Source: Nemertoderma westbladi (taxonomy: Eukaryota > Animalia > Xenacoelomorpha). From it: a stretch of DNA of 51,112 nucleotides. Position numbers and translations under genes: made by a program. Each line of letters starts with the position of its first letter. Within the stretch, counting starts at the first letter, position 1. Shown in pieces: positions 12,380 through 25,804 of this stretch. The stretch is taken from NCBI GenBank assembly GCA_032718475.1, contig JAUCBJ010001061.1, positions 1 to 51,112 on the forward strand, in the 5' to 3' direction. The notes under the pieces are model-generated. The model was not told the DNA's origin and did no database searches. It saw only the letters and a program-made list of their open reading frames with translations.

Positions 12380-13132
12380 TTAAATATTTTTAATTAATAG
12401 ACTTGTCCTAATAGTTTCTCGTAGAGTCTGATATCATTGTGCAATTATTATTTGTAGTAATTAAAAGCTGTTCCCGTTGTACATAAATAAATAATTATAA
12501 TATATTTTCCTAAAAGGGTAAACATGACATTCAACAGATGATGACAGTAAAACCTCAATAATGTCATCCTGATGTCATTTGGTCGGGTCGTAGGGGAACC
12601 AGTACACGCCAACATACTCATGTTGCAGTTTGACGACCAGATTCGCCATGGGATGGGCACCAAACTCACTGGAGATCAATGCCATCTATCAAAATTGTAA
12701 GTTTTGTCTATATGTTGCAAATGATTGAAGGATAATAACTCCAATCTGAGTGGGGGGGGTTCGTGAAATTGAATTACGATAAACTATATTCCGGTGAAAT
12801 ATGTCACACTGCAGATATAGATAGAATATTGGAACAGGCGAGGGAGATACTGAAATTATTCGTTCCATTTAAAATAAAAATAATTAATATAATACTATCA
12901 GTTTACTAACTACGAGTTTGGTACTTTTATTAGACTACTCCAAATATTATACAGACAGACAGACAGAAGATAAATAAATATTATTCACATAATAATAATA
13001 ATACGTCACCACTAATAATTACAAATACAACTCAAACAATATTATTCACTGAATACAATTTTCATTTTGGTTATAATTAATATTTCCATCATGATGCAAT
13101 ATATCGATATATAAATAAAATTTAACAATTCT

Positions 13133-13350
13133 GATTGCGGGTAGCTCAGTTGGTTGAGCGCCCGGGTTGCAATCTATTGGTTGTATGTTCGAGCCCAGCC
13201 AGGGTCCACTCAGCCTTTAATCATATGGGATCTATAAATGAGGACCAGTTAAATTACTGGGAGTAAAATTTGGGATAGCAGTAGCGCCCACCTCTACCCT
13301 CGGGTATTAGCTACCGAAAGGAGTCTTCGGGTCGCCTCCGGCTTTTATAG
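13133..13350 (+). mobile_element. tRNA-derived SINE with Deu/Nin-like central domain
   Basis: A box TAGCTCAGTTGG, B box GTTCGAGCC, then GGTCCACTCAGCCTTTAATC...ATAAATGAGGACCAG resembling the Deu/Nin core. Confidence 0.75.
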
Positions 13351-14215
13351 GATTCAAAATCTTTAGAAATCACGGAAAAACACGTCGGATTAAATAAATT
13401 AAAGTTTTATTAGAAACAACTTAGGTAAACAACCCAACACTAATCATATAATCCCCCCCAAATTTTCCCAATAAGCACCAAATAATTGTTAGCGACCATT
13501 AAACTTCATTAAATTAATGAAATACAATATTTGTCCTCCTGTATTGCATTTCAAAAATAACACCATGATTATTAATATAAATCACCAATGACGATGCCTA
13601 CATTTACTCCGACTCCCGCCACTAATTAGTATTAATTAAATCTGTCATTAAGGTTTCCCCTCAAATTCTCGGAATAACAACATGATACACTGTGTAGCAA
13701 TAACGAAAGATATGTAACCGTTTAAATTGCTAGCAAACTAATCCACAAAAATTCAGCACAAAATATATACAAAATATTTAGGAACTATTAATTTTATTAA
13801 CACCAATGAAATCACGAGATAAAATGGATTCGAATTACAATAATATGACATGATCTATTCACAAACAGACAACAATAATTCACAAAACGAATAACGTTTA
13901 TCTTCTAACTCACAGCTGGTGAAACGCATGCGTGTCGCGTCGGTAGAGTAGACAATGTATTACAAGAGAAATAGTTGAAATTTGGGATATTGAAAGAGTA
14001 AACGGGTAATTCTATGCGAACGAAATGGGGGATATTTATTTTCCAAACAAATATTACTAAAATAATAAGGACACAAAATAAATTGGCACCTTAGTTGAGA
14101 TTTCGAGGCGTTATAAACATTATTTCTCCGAGGGACTCTTTTTTAATGACTCCGAGGGATTTTTATTTTATTTATATATTTTACAGAATTTAATCGTTTC
14201 GATTCTAGAATATTG

Positions 14216-15157
14216 CTACCTAGGTGAATGCAATAGTCCATCGCCCTGGGACGAAGTCTCTTGTTTCATCCGCGAGATGGGAGCGTTTTGGTACGGGTTA
14301 CTGGTACGGATGGTGAGTCTGGGCAGCTTGCGAGCGGCGCGGGGCGACGGAGAACGAAGGAGTGCGGACGACTGAGACCAGGTCTCCGGCTCGGCCGTTA
14401 CCAGGGTACCACCCTGCACCTCCTCCACATTCGAAACCATGGTAACCGCGTGCACCTGTACATCACCCCCACCCGTCGCCATGGTGCCCACGAGTACGTC
14501 CCTCCCACCCGTTGCCATGGCCCCTGTGAGTACGTCGGCGGGCGCGACGGGGGCCATCCCGTTGCCGCTCCCGTCCAGCTGCGAGTACGACGGATCCCCG
14601 AACTCGCGCGCTCTCCCACCCATCTCGGTGGCCCCCCCGTAGCAACCCAGCCCGCCAATCAGCGCCGAGTAGCCGCCATCCGCGGGGGGACCAATCAGAT
14701 GCGACACGGTGGGCGTTACCATGGGGATCTGCGGGGTTGCCAGGGCGACGCCCATCGACGAGGAGTTGGGTTTATCGGACGGGAAGGAGTGGGGCTGGGC
14801 GCGTACGGAGCGAGTCGGGATGGCTATGCGGAGTCCGGCGTTGGGGCGGCCCGGCGTGGCGTCAGGCGGGGCAGTGGTGGCGGGGTGGCTGGTGGAGGGG
14901 TGGCTGGGAACGGTCGGGTGGCTGGGAACCACACTACCCTGGATCACTGAGTGACCCAATAACTGGGTTTGGGTGTTTTGAAGCGACCCCTGGTGGCTGA
15001 GTGGTGATGTATTAATATGCGAGGTAGTGTGGCTCTGTGGTGGCGCGACTAAACGGCTAGTCGGGGAGGTTTCTTGGAGTTCCAACGGAGACATGGAGTC
15101 GTGTAGGTTGGATGGGCCGGCGTTGTACGGAGCTACCGACAGGGAGAGTGGATGGAA
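14216..15157 (-). CDS. MEF2: MEF2 transcription factor, last coding exon (transactivation region)
   Basis: Acceptor ctttctctttcag|TTC is phase 0, matching the previous exon; S/P/T/G-rich with RPNAGLRIAIP (docking-like), LATP and MKQE motifs; TAG at 14216-14218. An alternative donor overlapping the stop cannot be excluded. Confidence 0.82.
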   Translation of the reverse strand, partial: FHPLSLSVAPYNAGPSNLHDSMSPLELQETSPTSRLVAPPQSHTTSHINTSPLSHQGSLQNTQTQLLGHSVIQGSVVPSHPTVPSHPSTSHPATTAPPDATPGRPNAGLRIAIPTRSVRAQPHSFPSDKPNSSSMGVALATPQIPMVTPTVSHLIGPPADGGYSALIGGLGCYGGATEMGGRAREFGDPSYSQLDGSGNGMAPVAPADVLTGAMATGGRDVLVGTMATGGGDVQVHAVTMVSNVEEVQGGTLVTAEPETWSQSSALLRSPSPRAARKLPRLTIRTSNPYQNAPISRMKQETSSQGDGLLHSPR

Positions 15158-16226
15158 CTGAAAGAGAAAGCAGAAGAGTATCATATTGTAATAAAATATT
15201 ATCTGAGAAAGTAATTTGTAACCCGGGGGAAGCTAATCCCATCCGGGGAACTAATATCTCGACTCGGAATTAAAATGTTAACCATCAAATAAGGGGCAGA
15301 GAGCAGGTTATAATCACATGTTATATATATTCATTCTAACCAAAACAATAAACGAGAGTCGATAGCGGGATAGTATTAGGTCCAATAATACACACAGACT
15401 AATAGTTTTAATCAGGTACTACTTGCGTAGATTTCCCCTAGAGAGAGATGAATTCTGATCGCTTCCAGAGATCCCACTCCCTTATGTTGTGCGGTGTGAT
15501 TTAGTTTGATAAATATTTTTACCAACAATATAATATCATCACATCACTCAATTTATTTCGCACTGATATTGAACATTGGTTACGTGGGAAACATATAACC
15601 AACGGCAGGACCGTGCTCTTATTAATCAATTAACTAAATTACAGCGACAGACGAGAAAATCAAAATATTTGTTACATTTTAAAAAAGTCGCATTGGGGCC
15701 AAATATTATTATATTTTACGATAAATTCACCATTAAGAACATACAGACTCATATGAGGAACAATGAAACATTACGATCAGACAGACACTTTCTGAATAAT
15801 AACAATAAATGAATCGTTGTGGGGTGGAGTGACGGTGAATTAAATATATTATGTGGAGACAGGGGGGGGGGGGTGACTCGACGCAAAACCCGCCTTGGCG
15901 AATTAATATCCCGCCTCACAATGTTAAATTCTCAATTTAGGGAAAGGAGCAGGTTACAGTGGCGCGTTATTTAAACCACCACAATAAACTAAACACAATA
16001 GAACAGGTTACAGTTTTATTTTTTGAGTGTAATCAGCTATTATTTGTATTATACATATATATTATATATATAATATATTTATATATATATTTGTACTACT
16101 ATTTTATTCGCTATGGAGAGTGGGCTATAATACTTTGGCCTCATACTAATCATTCAAAGAAAGTAGAACTATAAGGCCGAAATATGACAGCCACCTCCGC
16201 CTCCATAGCGAATAAATTCTTCACCC

Positions 16227-16323
16227 GTCCTGGTAGCTCAGTTGTTATAGACACAATCACCACCCGGCTGATGATTACCGGAAGTTTGAAACCTAGGTAC
16301 CGGGTTCGAGCCCCATTAGGGTC
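16227..16323 (+). other. tRNA-like Pol III promoter head (SINE head or tRNA pseudogene) in MEF2 intron
   Basis: TGGTAGCTCAGTTG (A box) and GGTTCGAGCCCC (B box), with an over-long spacer and no clean anticodon arm. Confidence 0.5.
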
Positions 16324-17051
16324 GGTTGATACGTTTTCGCTATGGAAAGCATTATCATACTGTTCTATTACATTAGATATATTTCTGAATAAAGGAAGTC
16401 CGTAAAACACAAAAATACTAAAGAAAAAATAAAAAATAAAACACCCTGTTTGGCCTGTTATTATCTCTATCTAAAGTTTTACTAAAACCGAAAGAGATGC
16501 GCTCTGGTTTCCCCAGTCAGGTATTTAGAGTTCAGCTATCCTATTATATTAGTTTAACAGATACGCGAGAGAAACAACCCCGCTATTATTTGTGTTTAAG
16601 TAACCATCGCCAATCCATGCCATGTCATTTCATTAGCCATTATTTAAAAACACAAAAACTAAATTAGTGAAATTTATTTAAGAACAAAGCATGTATGACT
16701 CTTGGGCTTAAATTTTTATAGAGTATGTAAGTCATAATGAACAATAACAAGAACTGTGTATTTATGAGGGTCTAGTTGGTCTATCATATTATTAATTACA
16801 AAGAATAGGCTTGGACCTACAACAGACCACACTCCTCAACCATACAGCATAAAAATAGCCGTAGCAGGAAACACAACCAAATAAAAGTACGTACCGGTAT
16901 TACAGGTTTAAGTTCTCTCATCACTAATTCCATGGAAGGCAGTTAGTGTCACGGCTCATCCAAAGATCTAAAGGTATGAAAGCGTCAAGCTTGGGGCCTA
17001 TTTCTATATGACTAATTTATATAACCCGTTATGCGTTACGTACAGACTTAC

Positions 17052-17212
17052 CTCTGATGACGTCACGAACGATGTATTCTGTACAGGAGCGGCGATACGG
17101 AGCTGTTGAGAGTTAATCATATCGCTGAATTCTTTATTAATCCGGGAATATTTGTCCTGAGTTTCCGAACTCAGTAGTATATCATCTTCTATATCGTCGC
17201 CCGACTCACAAC
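17052..17212 (-). CDS. MEF2: MEF2 coding exon 2 (HJURP_C-like segment)
   Basis: tag|(G)CESGDDIEDDILLSSETQDKYSRINKEFSDMI...VTSSE|gtaagt; KY.+IN.EF..M motif, phase 1-0. Confidence 0.92.
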
Positions 17213-17878
17213 CTACGAGATCAACCGATATCGTTTAGTCGTTCAACCTATCTACCGGTTTATTATTCGAGTGCGAGGCGATAATCCAGTACTCCGAGCG
17301 CCATTGTAGTGGAAACGAGAAAATTTCAGAGTAGGAAAGTCCACAAACTGGAACCTATATATATAGGCCTGACCTATAGGCCTATATATTCAGTTTCAGT
17401 TTCTCCATAAACGCATTTTATTTTATACGAAACACTTCATACGAAATTTTGCCCACGAATTAGCACAAATTTATAAACAAATTTTGAAAAACCACAACCA
17501 TGGGATTTCAAAGTTAGATTAGAAAATTCGGTGTATATGTATAATGTATATACGGTCTGACGGTGTACTGTACACAGTATATGATTGAATGAGGCAAATT
17601 CAAATGAAGGAAACTTCATATCCCATCAAGTCGAAGTTACTTAAGGAAATCGACATGAAACAGGCCAAGGGCATGGAATAGACAGGGACACCATACTGTA
17701 CTGTGTCCTTGTCCTGCCTGTAATCCGATTACCATAAGCACTACTGTTCTTATGTTATAATATACTAGGTTAACAATCTATTTAATGAAACTTAAACTTA
17801 TCAATGGAGAAAAATAATAAAATAAAGGGTGGTGTGTGACAAAATAAATAGGGTTATACTTATTTCCGATCGACTTAC

Positions 17879-18161
17879 CTTTACTTTCTCGACGAGCCAA
17901 TTGCTCGACTATATCCTTGTTAGTTCGACTCTCGTGTGGTTCGTTATACTCGGTATATTTCAACAATATTTTATCCATATCACTCGAAGCGTATTGGAAC
18001 AGTTTGTTTGTACTGTTAAACACGATTAAAGCAATCTCGCAGTCACATAGAACAGACAACTCGTACGCCTTCTTCATAAGACCAAATTTCCTTTTCGTAA
18101 AAGTAACTTGTCTGTTTCTCTCGTCGGTGATGCGACTGATTTGAATCTTCTTCCTCCCCAT
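17879..18161 (-). CDS. MEF2: MEF2 coding exon 1 (MADS box + MEF2 domain)
   Basis: [81 protein letters not shown]; donor gtaagt at 17878. Confidence 0.98.
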
Positions 18162-19087
18162 TTTAATTTATTAGAGCTTGAAATACCGGTATTACAATAG
18201 TAAATTTTTGTAGGAACGCTCCTAAAGTTTCACAGGCGTTGTTCTACCAATTGGCCTAGGATCGGGAATTTTGGCCGGTTGACAGGTAGAGGCTGACCGG
18301 TGCAGGGCGGTTCTAAAATGTATAAACAACCAACCTAACCGCTACCGGCACAGTGTCGGTTTGTAATACCGGCAACCGGTACTGTAATATCTATTTTATT
18401 GTTCAATTAGTTGGTATGTCAAAAATCGTGAAACCGGCCACTGAAAATGAAAAGGAAAACATAACATACGGTACACAGAGTGTGATAGAAACACAAAATC
18501 GTTGGGTATCGTTGGGTAAATATTATTTTACATTGGCAGTCGGTGAGAAGTCAAAAATTGGACTTCAAGTCCAATTTTAGACTTCAAGTCCAATTTTAGA
18601 CTTCAAGTCCAATTTTGGACTCCAAAGTCCAATATTGGACTTTAGTACAACTCCAAGTGTACCCATGCTGCCATAATGATGTATATCGGTTATTTAAATC
18701 AAAACTGCATCCCGTATCAGTACATATATATTACATAATTACAATGCAACATTATTTTAATGATCAAATTAATTATTGTAAGTATTATAAGCAGGGATCG
18801 CACACGTACAGTCAGACATCAGTACTCAGTAGTTACTTTTTGGGGTAGTGGTATGGCTTTGCGGTAGCCTTACTGCCTTAGCGTTAGCGGTGTATACCGC
18901 GGTAGCGGTAGTTGAGTTATAGCTGTATAGTTCATTCATTTCATACCCATACCTGTGGTATTTTCGTATGGCAAAAATAAGACTACTGAAAACTGTAACC
19001 TATTATGTAGGCCTAATTGAGTTAATGTTTATTGACTAATTGTTTTGATTAGGTTCACTGTGTCAAGTACAATATACACATCTCTGC

Positions 19088-19412
19088 ATCTCCAACCAGA
19101 CACTATATAACATTGGAGTTGGAGGTGTCTCATTCAGTCATTGGTTCCCCCAAGCTTGACACTAGAACAAAGCCGCCTCCGCTTTGCAGGACATCGCTTT
19201 TAAGCCGTGAGGACCAGCCAGTGCACCTCATGGAGTGAATAAGCATGGTGGACAGCCCATGACTTTCTTGAGACGCATCTTTCTTACTGTCTTAAAGGAC
19301 ACTGGCCTTGAAAATGCGGATGATCTAGCAAATGTCATGGGTGATAAGGCTGTAAGAGTGTAAGGGAGTTGTGGAGGCGCACTTTTGTCAACAAGCCGGC
19401 ACAGCATTCTTA
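19088..19412 (+). mobile_element. 3' fragment of the same RTE LINE family as 1090-3020
   Basis: catctccaaccagacactatataacattgga...cacagcattctt aligns by eye with 2680-2978. Confidence 0.9.
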
Positions 19413-20099
19413 ACACTAATACGTACATGTGTGCTACATTTTGTAGTCCGAAATGTTTCAGCATCAAGTTTGTTAAAGAAATTTTGGAATTAATACTCCA
19501 GGCGCCATCTATCCCTAGATTAAGGCATTAAATATATGCTTAAACATTCCTATGACCATAAATGTCTATTTATACACCACTGAGAATAGAAAACCTCCAA
19601 AGGTACATGTCAACTACAAAATGTAGTCTTGAGTTCTCCATATAATCACATATGAAATTGTTGTTATAGAGTGAGGGGTTGTGTTCAATATGATGCAGAA
19701 ACAGGTTATATACAGTCAGTAAAGTAATATTGATGTTTTAGGTAAGAGCTACACATTCATGCTACACAACAACACTCAATAGCTAATTCTGAGGCACCTG
19801 CCCATCTGAAAAATTATCTTATTGGCGATTTCCCCAACCATAAATTTAATCAAAGTCAATTTTGATTGGGTCTTTACATTATTACAATTACAATAAGAAT
19901 TATTACTTGACAAAACGAAATCATACTGTATATGTCAGTCAGTAAGTCTGCAACATCATTGTGTAGGTTGTACGTTTTATTATTCTATTTCTATATGTAC
20001 GTACCCACCCGGTTTCCGTAAATGTCCAGAGTTTGGCGTAGTTTAGAACATCATATAATATTTGGCGAAGATGTTCATGATGGCAGTGAAGGTTCATCT

Positions 20100-20731
20100 G
20101 ATGAAGCACGTGAAGGGGAAGAAAATATATTATTGAGGAAAGTGAAAATGACTGTGATTCAAACATTGATAATATTTCAGGTTTATTGAGTGATAGTGAT
20201 TTTGAACTTGAGATCGAGAGCAGCTGTAGTGGTGGTAGTGAGAGTGAGTATGATTCAGGAGAATCTATATCCACATTACCAGGCACAAATGAAAATATCA
20301 TTTTAGCACGTTCTGGTGATGAGTATGTTGAATCAGAACCCAAACCAAGAAAGAAATCACGGATAGATATTGTCAGAGTTGTACCTAGAGTTTTACAAAA
20401 CCCAATAACGGAACTTGATAGTTTTTTTATGTTTTTTACAATATAAATTATTTACATCATATTGCGTGAGACCAATAGAAAATGTCGAATCCTAGGTGAA
20501 AAACTTGGAAAAACATTCATTCAGTTTTCATTTGTTGAGCTAAAAGCGAGCCTGGCTGTACTGATAATGACAGGAGTATATATATATAAAAGCGCACATC
20601 AAAACATTCAAGAGCTCTGGCATCCGATTGATGGACCACCATTCTTTAAAGCTACTCTTGGCTTTCAACGATTCAAATTTCTAATTCGCTGTCTACGATT
20701 TGATAATATTCTTACAAGAATTGTGAATTAA
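20100..20731 (+). pseudogene. piggyBac (PGBD4-like) transposase N-terminal relic
   Basis: Acidic N-terminus, then ETN, ELKA.L.VLIMTG, ELW...GPPFFKATLGFQRFKFLIRCLRFDN; internal stop; truncated before the catalytic DDD. Confidence 0.8.
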
Positions 20732-23216
20732 TAGTCATTTATTGTTTTGGTTAGAATAATTACCAGTAGTCACTGTAACCTGCTCCTTTCCCCTAAAATA
20801 TCAGAAACTAACGATATGGATGGGCTGTGCCAGTTTTGTTAGGCGATCTCTAATATATTCTGTATGTTTAAAGTAGTCTATTTGGGAGAAATATGTGATA
20901 AATCACCCTGATCATGATATGCAGATCTGAAAACAACATTGTGTTCAGTTCAGGATGACAGTCTGCAGTCTGGCTGCCTGGTTAGACAGTTAAATAATTG
21001 CAAATTTAATTTAGTTTTAATTTAGTTTTACAGCTCAAATGAACCATATAGGCCTATTGAAATTACTTAGTAAATACAATTGACATGGGGGACATACATG
21101 ACTACAAATTGTAGCACACATGTACCATTTAGTAAAGACCACAAGTCTGTACCGATTAGTGTTAATACAGTAATAGGGTCTATATATATAATGCAGCTGT
21201 AATGCAGCATGCCGATTGTAGTAGTAGTATGTGGTGAGGTGATAGGGCTCCTTCAATTGGTAAAGTCAAAAGTGGCCGTTTATTGTTTTAGTTAGAAAAG
21301 CCTGCCTCTGTAACCTGTTCCTTTCCCTCAATTGGTTTATAATTATGACGTGTGTTACTTCTTACTTCTGTACTTATTATGTGGAGACCCCAACACGTTA
21401 ATCAGTTACTAATCCCCTTTCATTATACAGCTGTTTTAAAACACCCTTCCTGTTGTATGGAAAAATTAGAAGAGATGGTGGTAGCATCAACTTGTAGTAT
21501 TTCTTTCTGATAGGGCTCCCATAGCCTTAGACAAAATCATAGCTTGTACTGTAGTTAGCCTTAGCAGCAGCTGTTGTTGGCAAACCTGGCATTGCTACCA
21601 GTTTCCACCAAATATAATTTGTAATTAAATATTTGTTGGAGCATAATCTAATCTAGTCCTAAAGACTCTACTGCTCTAAAATCCTGGGTACATAAGGCTG
21701 TAAGGTTAGACATAACATGAATGTAAACAATACTGCAATATGCTAAAAGTAAAGTACAAAGTACCTAGAATGCTAGAATGTACCATTTAGCCTATATTCT
21801 AAGTACAGTACACTGAAAATACATACAGAGCTGCAAAGGTAACTTTCCATAACTTAATAGCTGTCTGACTGTCTCTCATCTGTCATGCTTCATGTACCTT
21901 TAAGTTTGATTCTCAATGCTCAATGTCACGTCCAAAATTAGACTTAAAGTCCAATATTGGACTTTTGTAAAAATTCAAAGCCTTATAAAAAAAGTTCCCC
22001 CTGGTGAATTTCAGGTCCCCCTGTTCAAAACTCTTATTTTTTGATATATTTTCGATTAAAAAAAAAAATCCCGCCCGATCCAATTACCCAAGGCCCTGCT
22101 GCCCTGGAACAATTGGCTGATTTGAAGTCCAATATTGGACTCACAGAAGTCCAATTTTGGACTTGAACTGGAGTCGAAGTCCAATTTTGGACTCAAGTCC
22201 AATTTTTGACTTCTCACCGACTGATTGGCATCTAATTACCACAATATACCAGTATATAGAACGCAAGTGTATATTAACCACAACAGCACAAGACTACACT
22301 GCATCTAATTACCACAATATTATTTTACATTGGCATCTAACTGTCTAAGCTGTATTGGTGTTATGGGTGAATGACTGAATGAGTGGTTTCATATTCTGAT
22401 ATTACAGTATTTGGTATTATTATAACTTTTTTTGTTGGGCACAGTTTTTGCAAAGTCGGCATGATGTCCAGTTCTGCAGGTGGGATCAAAGTGAAGTGGA
22501 CCGACTTTTGTAACAGTGTTTCATCTATATCAGTCCAGCAGTCTGTCAGTGTACGATGCTGCTGCTGCTACCGGGACCGGCTGACCGATCTGTCAGCATC
22601 AGGCAGATGGCAGGATGGGTACGGCTGTAAACAGGGAGCTGTACGGCGTACCCGTACGGATACCGGTACACTGCAGCACTGTATGCTGTACTGTAAAACA
22701 ATACCAGTACCTGACTGCCTGAATAAAGCAATAAACAGATAAACAACTGTAGGCCTACTGGAATGCAGATTACAGATTCTGGCAGAATGGCTTGGCAAGT
22801 CATTTACTTTCACTATACACAATACAAATCCGACATCAGACAATACAGCACATTCATTGATTGACATCTCTGCGCCAGGCACCAGGGCCAGCCCTTTCTG
22901 CACCTAGCTGCCTGCCTTGCCCGGCGTAGGACATTTCTACGCCTGCTCCCAGCGCAAGTTCATTGAAGTTGAAATGCTGGGTAAATCTGTTGGACCTTTA
23001 CTCGTAGCTAAGCATAGTTCGACACATTCAGACATTGGGTCACATTATCACCAGTTTCAGTTTCAGAGTTTTAACATTAAATACGCAACGTGATACGCGT
23101 GAGTAGCTCACGTAGGCAGGTGCTACATGTCTGCATGTAGGTCCCACGCAAACTACGCGTAGGTGCTCCATGCGTATACGACGTTTATCATTAGTCTGTG
23201 TAGGCCTACTTCCAGG

Positions 23217-24910
23217 GGGTGCATGTAAAGAGCGGACTGGGGACTGCGGACTACGGACTGCGGATTGTCAATTAAAAGCCCAAATATGCGCGGTCAATTT
23301 GAATTATAGCATTATAATGTAAGAATCCGCTCTTTGTTGTCTGGACAAACGGCGGACTGAAGCCAGAAAATTGTAACCTGATTGGCTCAATCATTTACAT
23401 AGGCCCAAAGGGAACTTTCCTGAATCCTCTTATTGGCTTAAATGTTTTCATTGTGACACAGAGATGGAAACCTATTATATTGAAAACCTATTATGTAGGC
23501 AGTAGGAAGAACTCTTGAACTTTCAATAAAATCTCTCAGGTTAAGGCCGGTTCACTTTTAAGCATGATTCATTCGTAACTCTACTTTAGATAAAGACTTT
23601 GGGACTACTGTAGTATGTACTTCTGCTGCCGAAGCAGAGTTATGCTTATTGCTTAAAGGTGTGAACCGCGACCTTATAAGATATTCCTTGTTTGCTTGTT
23701 ACTTAAATTAAAAGTTTTTACGTTGGGGTCGTCCAAAAAAAAAGGGGGGGGGGGGGGGGGGGGGGTGGGGGGAGGTTGGCTCGTACTGCCACTATTATGC
23801 CTCTGTTAGTTGAAACAAAATTGGAACATAATTGAAACATATTAGTCGTACATACTAGTAGTGAAACATTATTTTTCCAAGATTGACCGACTTATTAGCG
23901 TTCAAACATTTCCGACGATGACAACGACAGACGGGTCCACCACTTATACCCATATGCTAAGGCTCACCTGGACTTACGTTGCTCGCCCCACAGTTAATCG
24001 CCCATGTGAAGAATACCAGGATTTCACTTTTCGGTCGACTTTTTATTGGAATTTTATATATGAAGATTATTTATTTTTTTTAATTTATCTTTATTAAGTG
24101 TTTTATAGCGCTTATTTCTGTCTTATAACCTGTACATATACTAATTCGTTTATTGTTTTGGTTAGATTCAGCCCTTCTGTAACCTGTATATTTGGTGAAA
24201 ACCTGGTATTCTTCACATGGGGGTAACTGCAAAGTGAAATATAACGGCAGAAAGTCTGGTATACTTCACATGGGCCCAGTTAATCGTATGTCAGATATGT
24301 AGGATATCACAGCCCACACTAAAAAAGCATTAAAAAAAGCACTAGCCGATCAGGTGTTCGTGTTTTTCATTTTAAGGCTGTCAAAAAAATCCGATGTCCG
24401 AATGTCCGAATATTCGCTCTTTTATATTTGCGAACAGACAACTGTGACATAAACTCTAAAGGCAGGAATTATATAAAAATATTTATTGAAATAAATAATC
24501 TGAAAATCCGTAGAATGTTGATTATATAGTAGGTGGGTATTTGTATTTGTAATTTTAATTTGTGTAATGGTCTAATATATATAATATTGATTGGTAATAT
24601 AGTAGGCCCTTAATCAACAGTCCACGTAATTACTGTATAGGATAATTATTTCCTGTATTACAGTGTTGCACAATGGTAAAAATTTAAAAGCCAAATGGAA
24701 TGATTCATTCTTTAAGTTCCCTTTCAGCTTCAGCCTATGTACATGATTGAGCCAATCAGGTTACAATTTACCGGCTTCAGTCCGCCATTTGTCCAGACAA
24801 CAAAGAGCGGATTCTTAGTTTGGAAGTCGATAATTCAAATTGACCGCGCGGATTTTGGCAATCCCCAGTCCGTAGTCCGCCAGTCCGCAGTCCGCTCTTT
24901 ACATGCACCC
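23217..24910. mobile_element. MULE/Mutator-like non-autonomous element with about 190-bp TIRs and 9-bp TSD
   Basis: GGGTGCATGTAAAGAGCGGACTG... inverted at 24735-24910; ACTTCCAGG at 23208-23216 and 24911-24919. Confidence 0.88.
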
Positions 24911-25804
24911 ACTTCCAGGCGGTTCAAAATAAGACAATAATGTATGTTCAATATCAATAGACTACACAGTGTATAGTAGAGAGCCAGCAAGCTGGCTGGA
25001 AGGAGCCCGGGGGAAGAATCCTAGCCAAGACTATTACAAATGAACGCTGAAAGCTGGAAATCAAGCTGGAAATCGATCGGATTATATATAAATCACTGTT
25101 TAGTTCACGAGGGGAGTCCCCAGCATTTAACTCATGAAAACACTATGTCAGTCAGCAGCAGTAAGAAAACTAAACATTTGTCTAAAATCTATAAGGTTTC
25201 TCACTGCTGTGTTAGGTGGTAGGCCAGCTCCAGCTGATTGAATTATAAGCACTGGGCCGTTCAAATGTACTATAGGTTGATGATAATGAATGAGGAGGGA
25301 CCCAACCTGTTTGTCTATGAACGGTCTCCTTATAACCACTTGCTGGCCTTTCTAGTTAATTAATAGGGCTGCCTTTGATGTATTCTATTCTAATGGGTCA
25401 GACCGGCCCTCCAATAATACTCATAAAGCCAACTCACTATTCCATTGCCACAACTGTCAATGAATGTCTAAATACATATAATTTTGCGACAAAATAATGT
25501 CAAAAAACGAAATATATCGAATACCACATATACAGTAAAAATCGATCTGAAATTTTGTAACGCGATTATGAACCACAAAAGCAATGTACTTGAAACATTT
25601 CATCAAAAACGCCAGGTAGGAAGTGTGCTTGAACCTGGATTATTATCAGTGAGTGAGTAAGTCGTCAGTCAGTGTTATATCACCTGAGATTTAACAGTAA
25701 GTAAGTATCCCGCTGTAGAGCGGGCTCCTAACTATACGCCCATAAAATGCTTTCAACAGAAATGTCACCTATACCTGTACGTTTACAGTATACTCCCTGT
25801 AGTA

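Larger units (their letters stand above)
18537..22223. mobile_element. 3.7-kb non-autonomous TIR element with 5-bp TSD (ATTGG), hAT5-like by inference
   Basis: Perfect 29-bp TIR CAGTCGGTGAGAAGTCAAAAATTGGACTT; palindromic subterminal repeats AGTCCAAWWTTGGACT at both ends; ATTGG at 18532-18536 and 22224-22228. Confidence 0.85.

Noticed and set aside
13133-13210. Functional tRNA gene
   Set aside because: Stems are imperfect and it runs into a SINE core; treated as a SINE head.
14261-15000. Plus-strand ORFs overlapping the last MEF2 exon
   Set aside because: Shadow ORFs of a GC-rich exon with no recognisable motifs.
15415-15450. Possible MEF2 micro-exon after the acceptor-like tctctctctag
   Set aside because: Only weak donors follow (gtagta or gcaagt); cannot be supported without transcripts.
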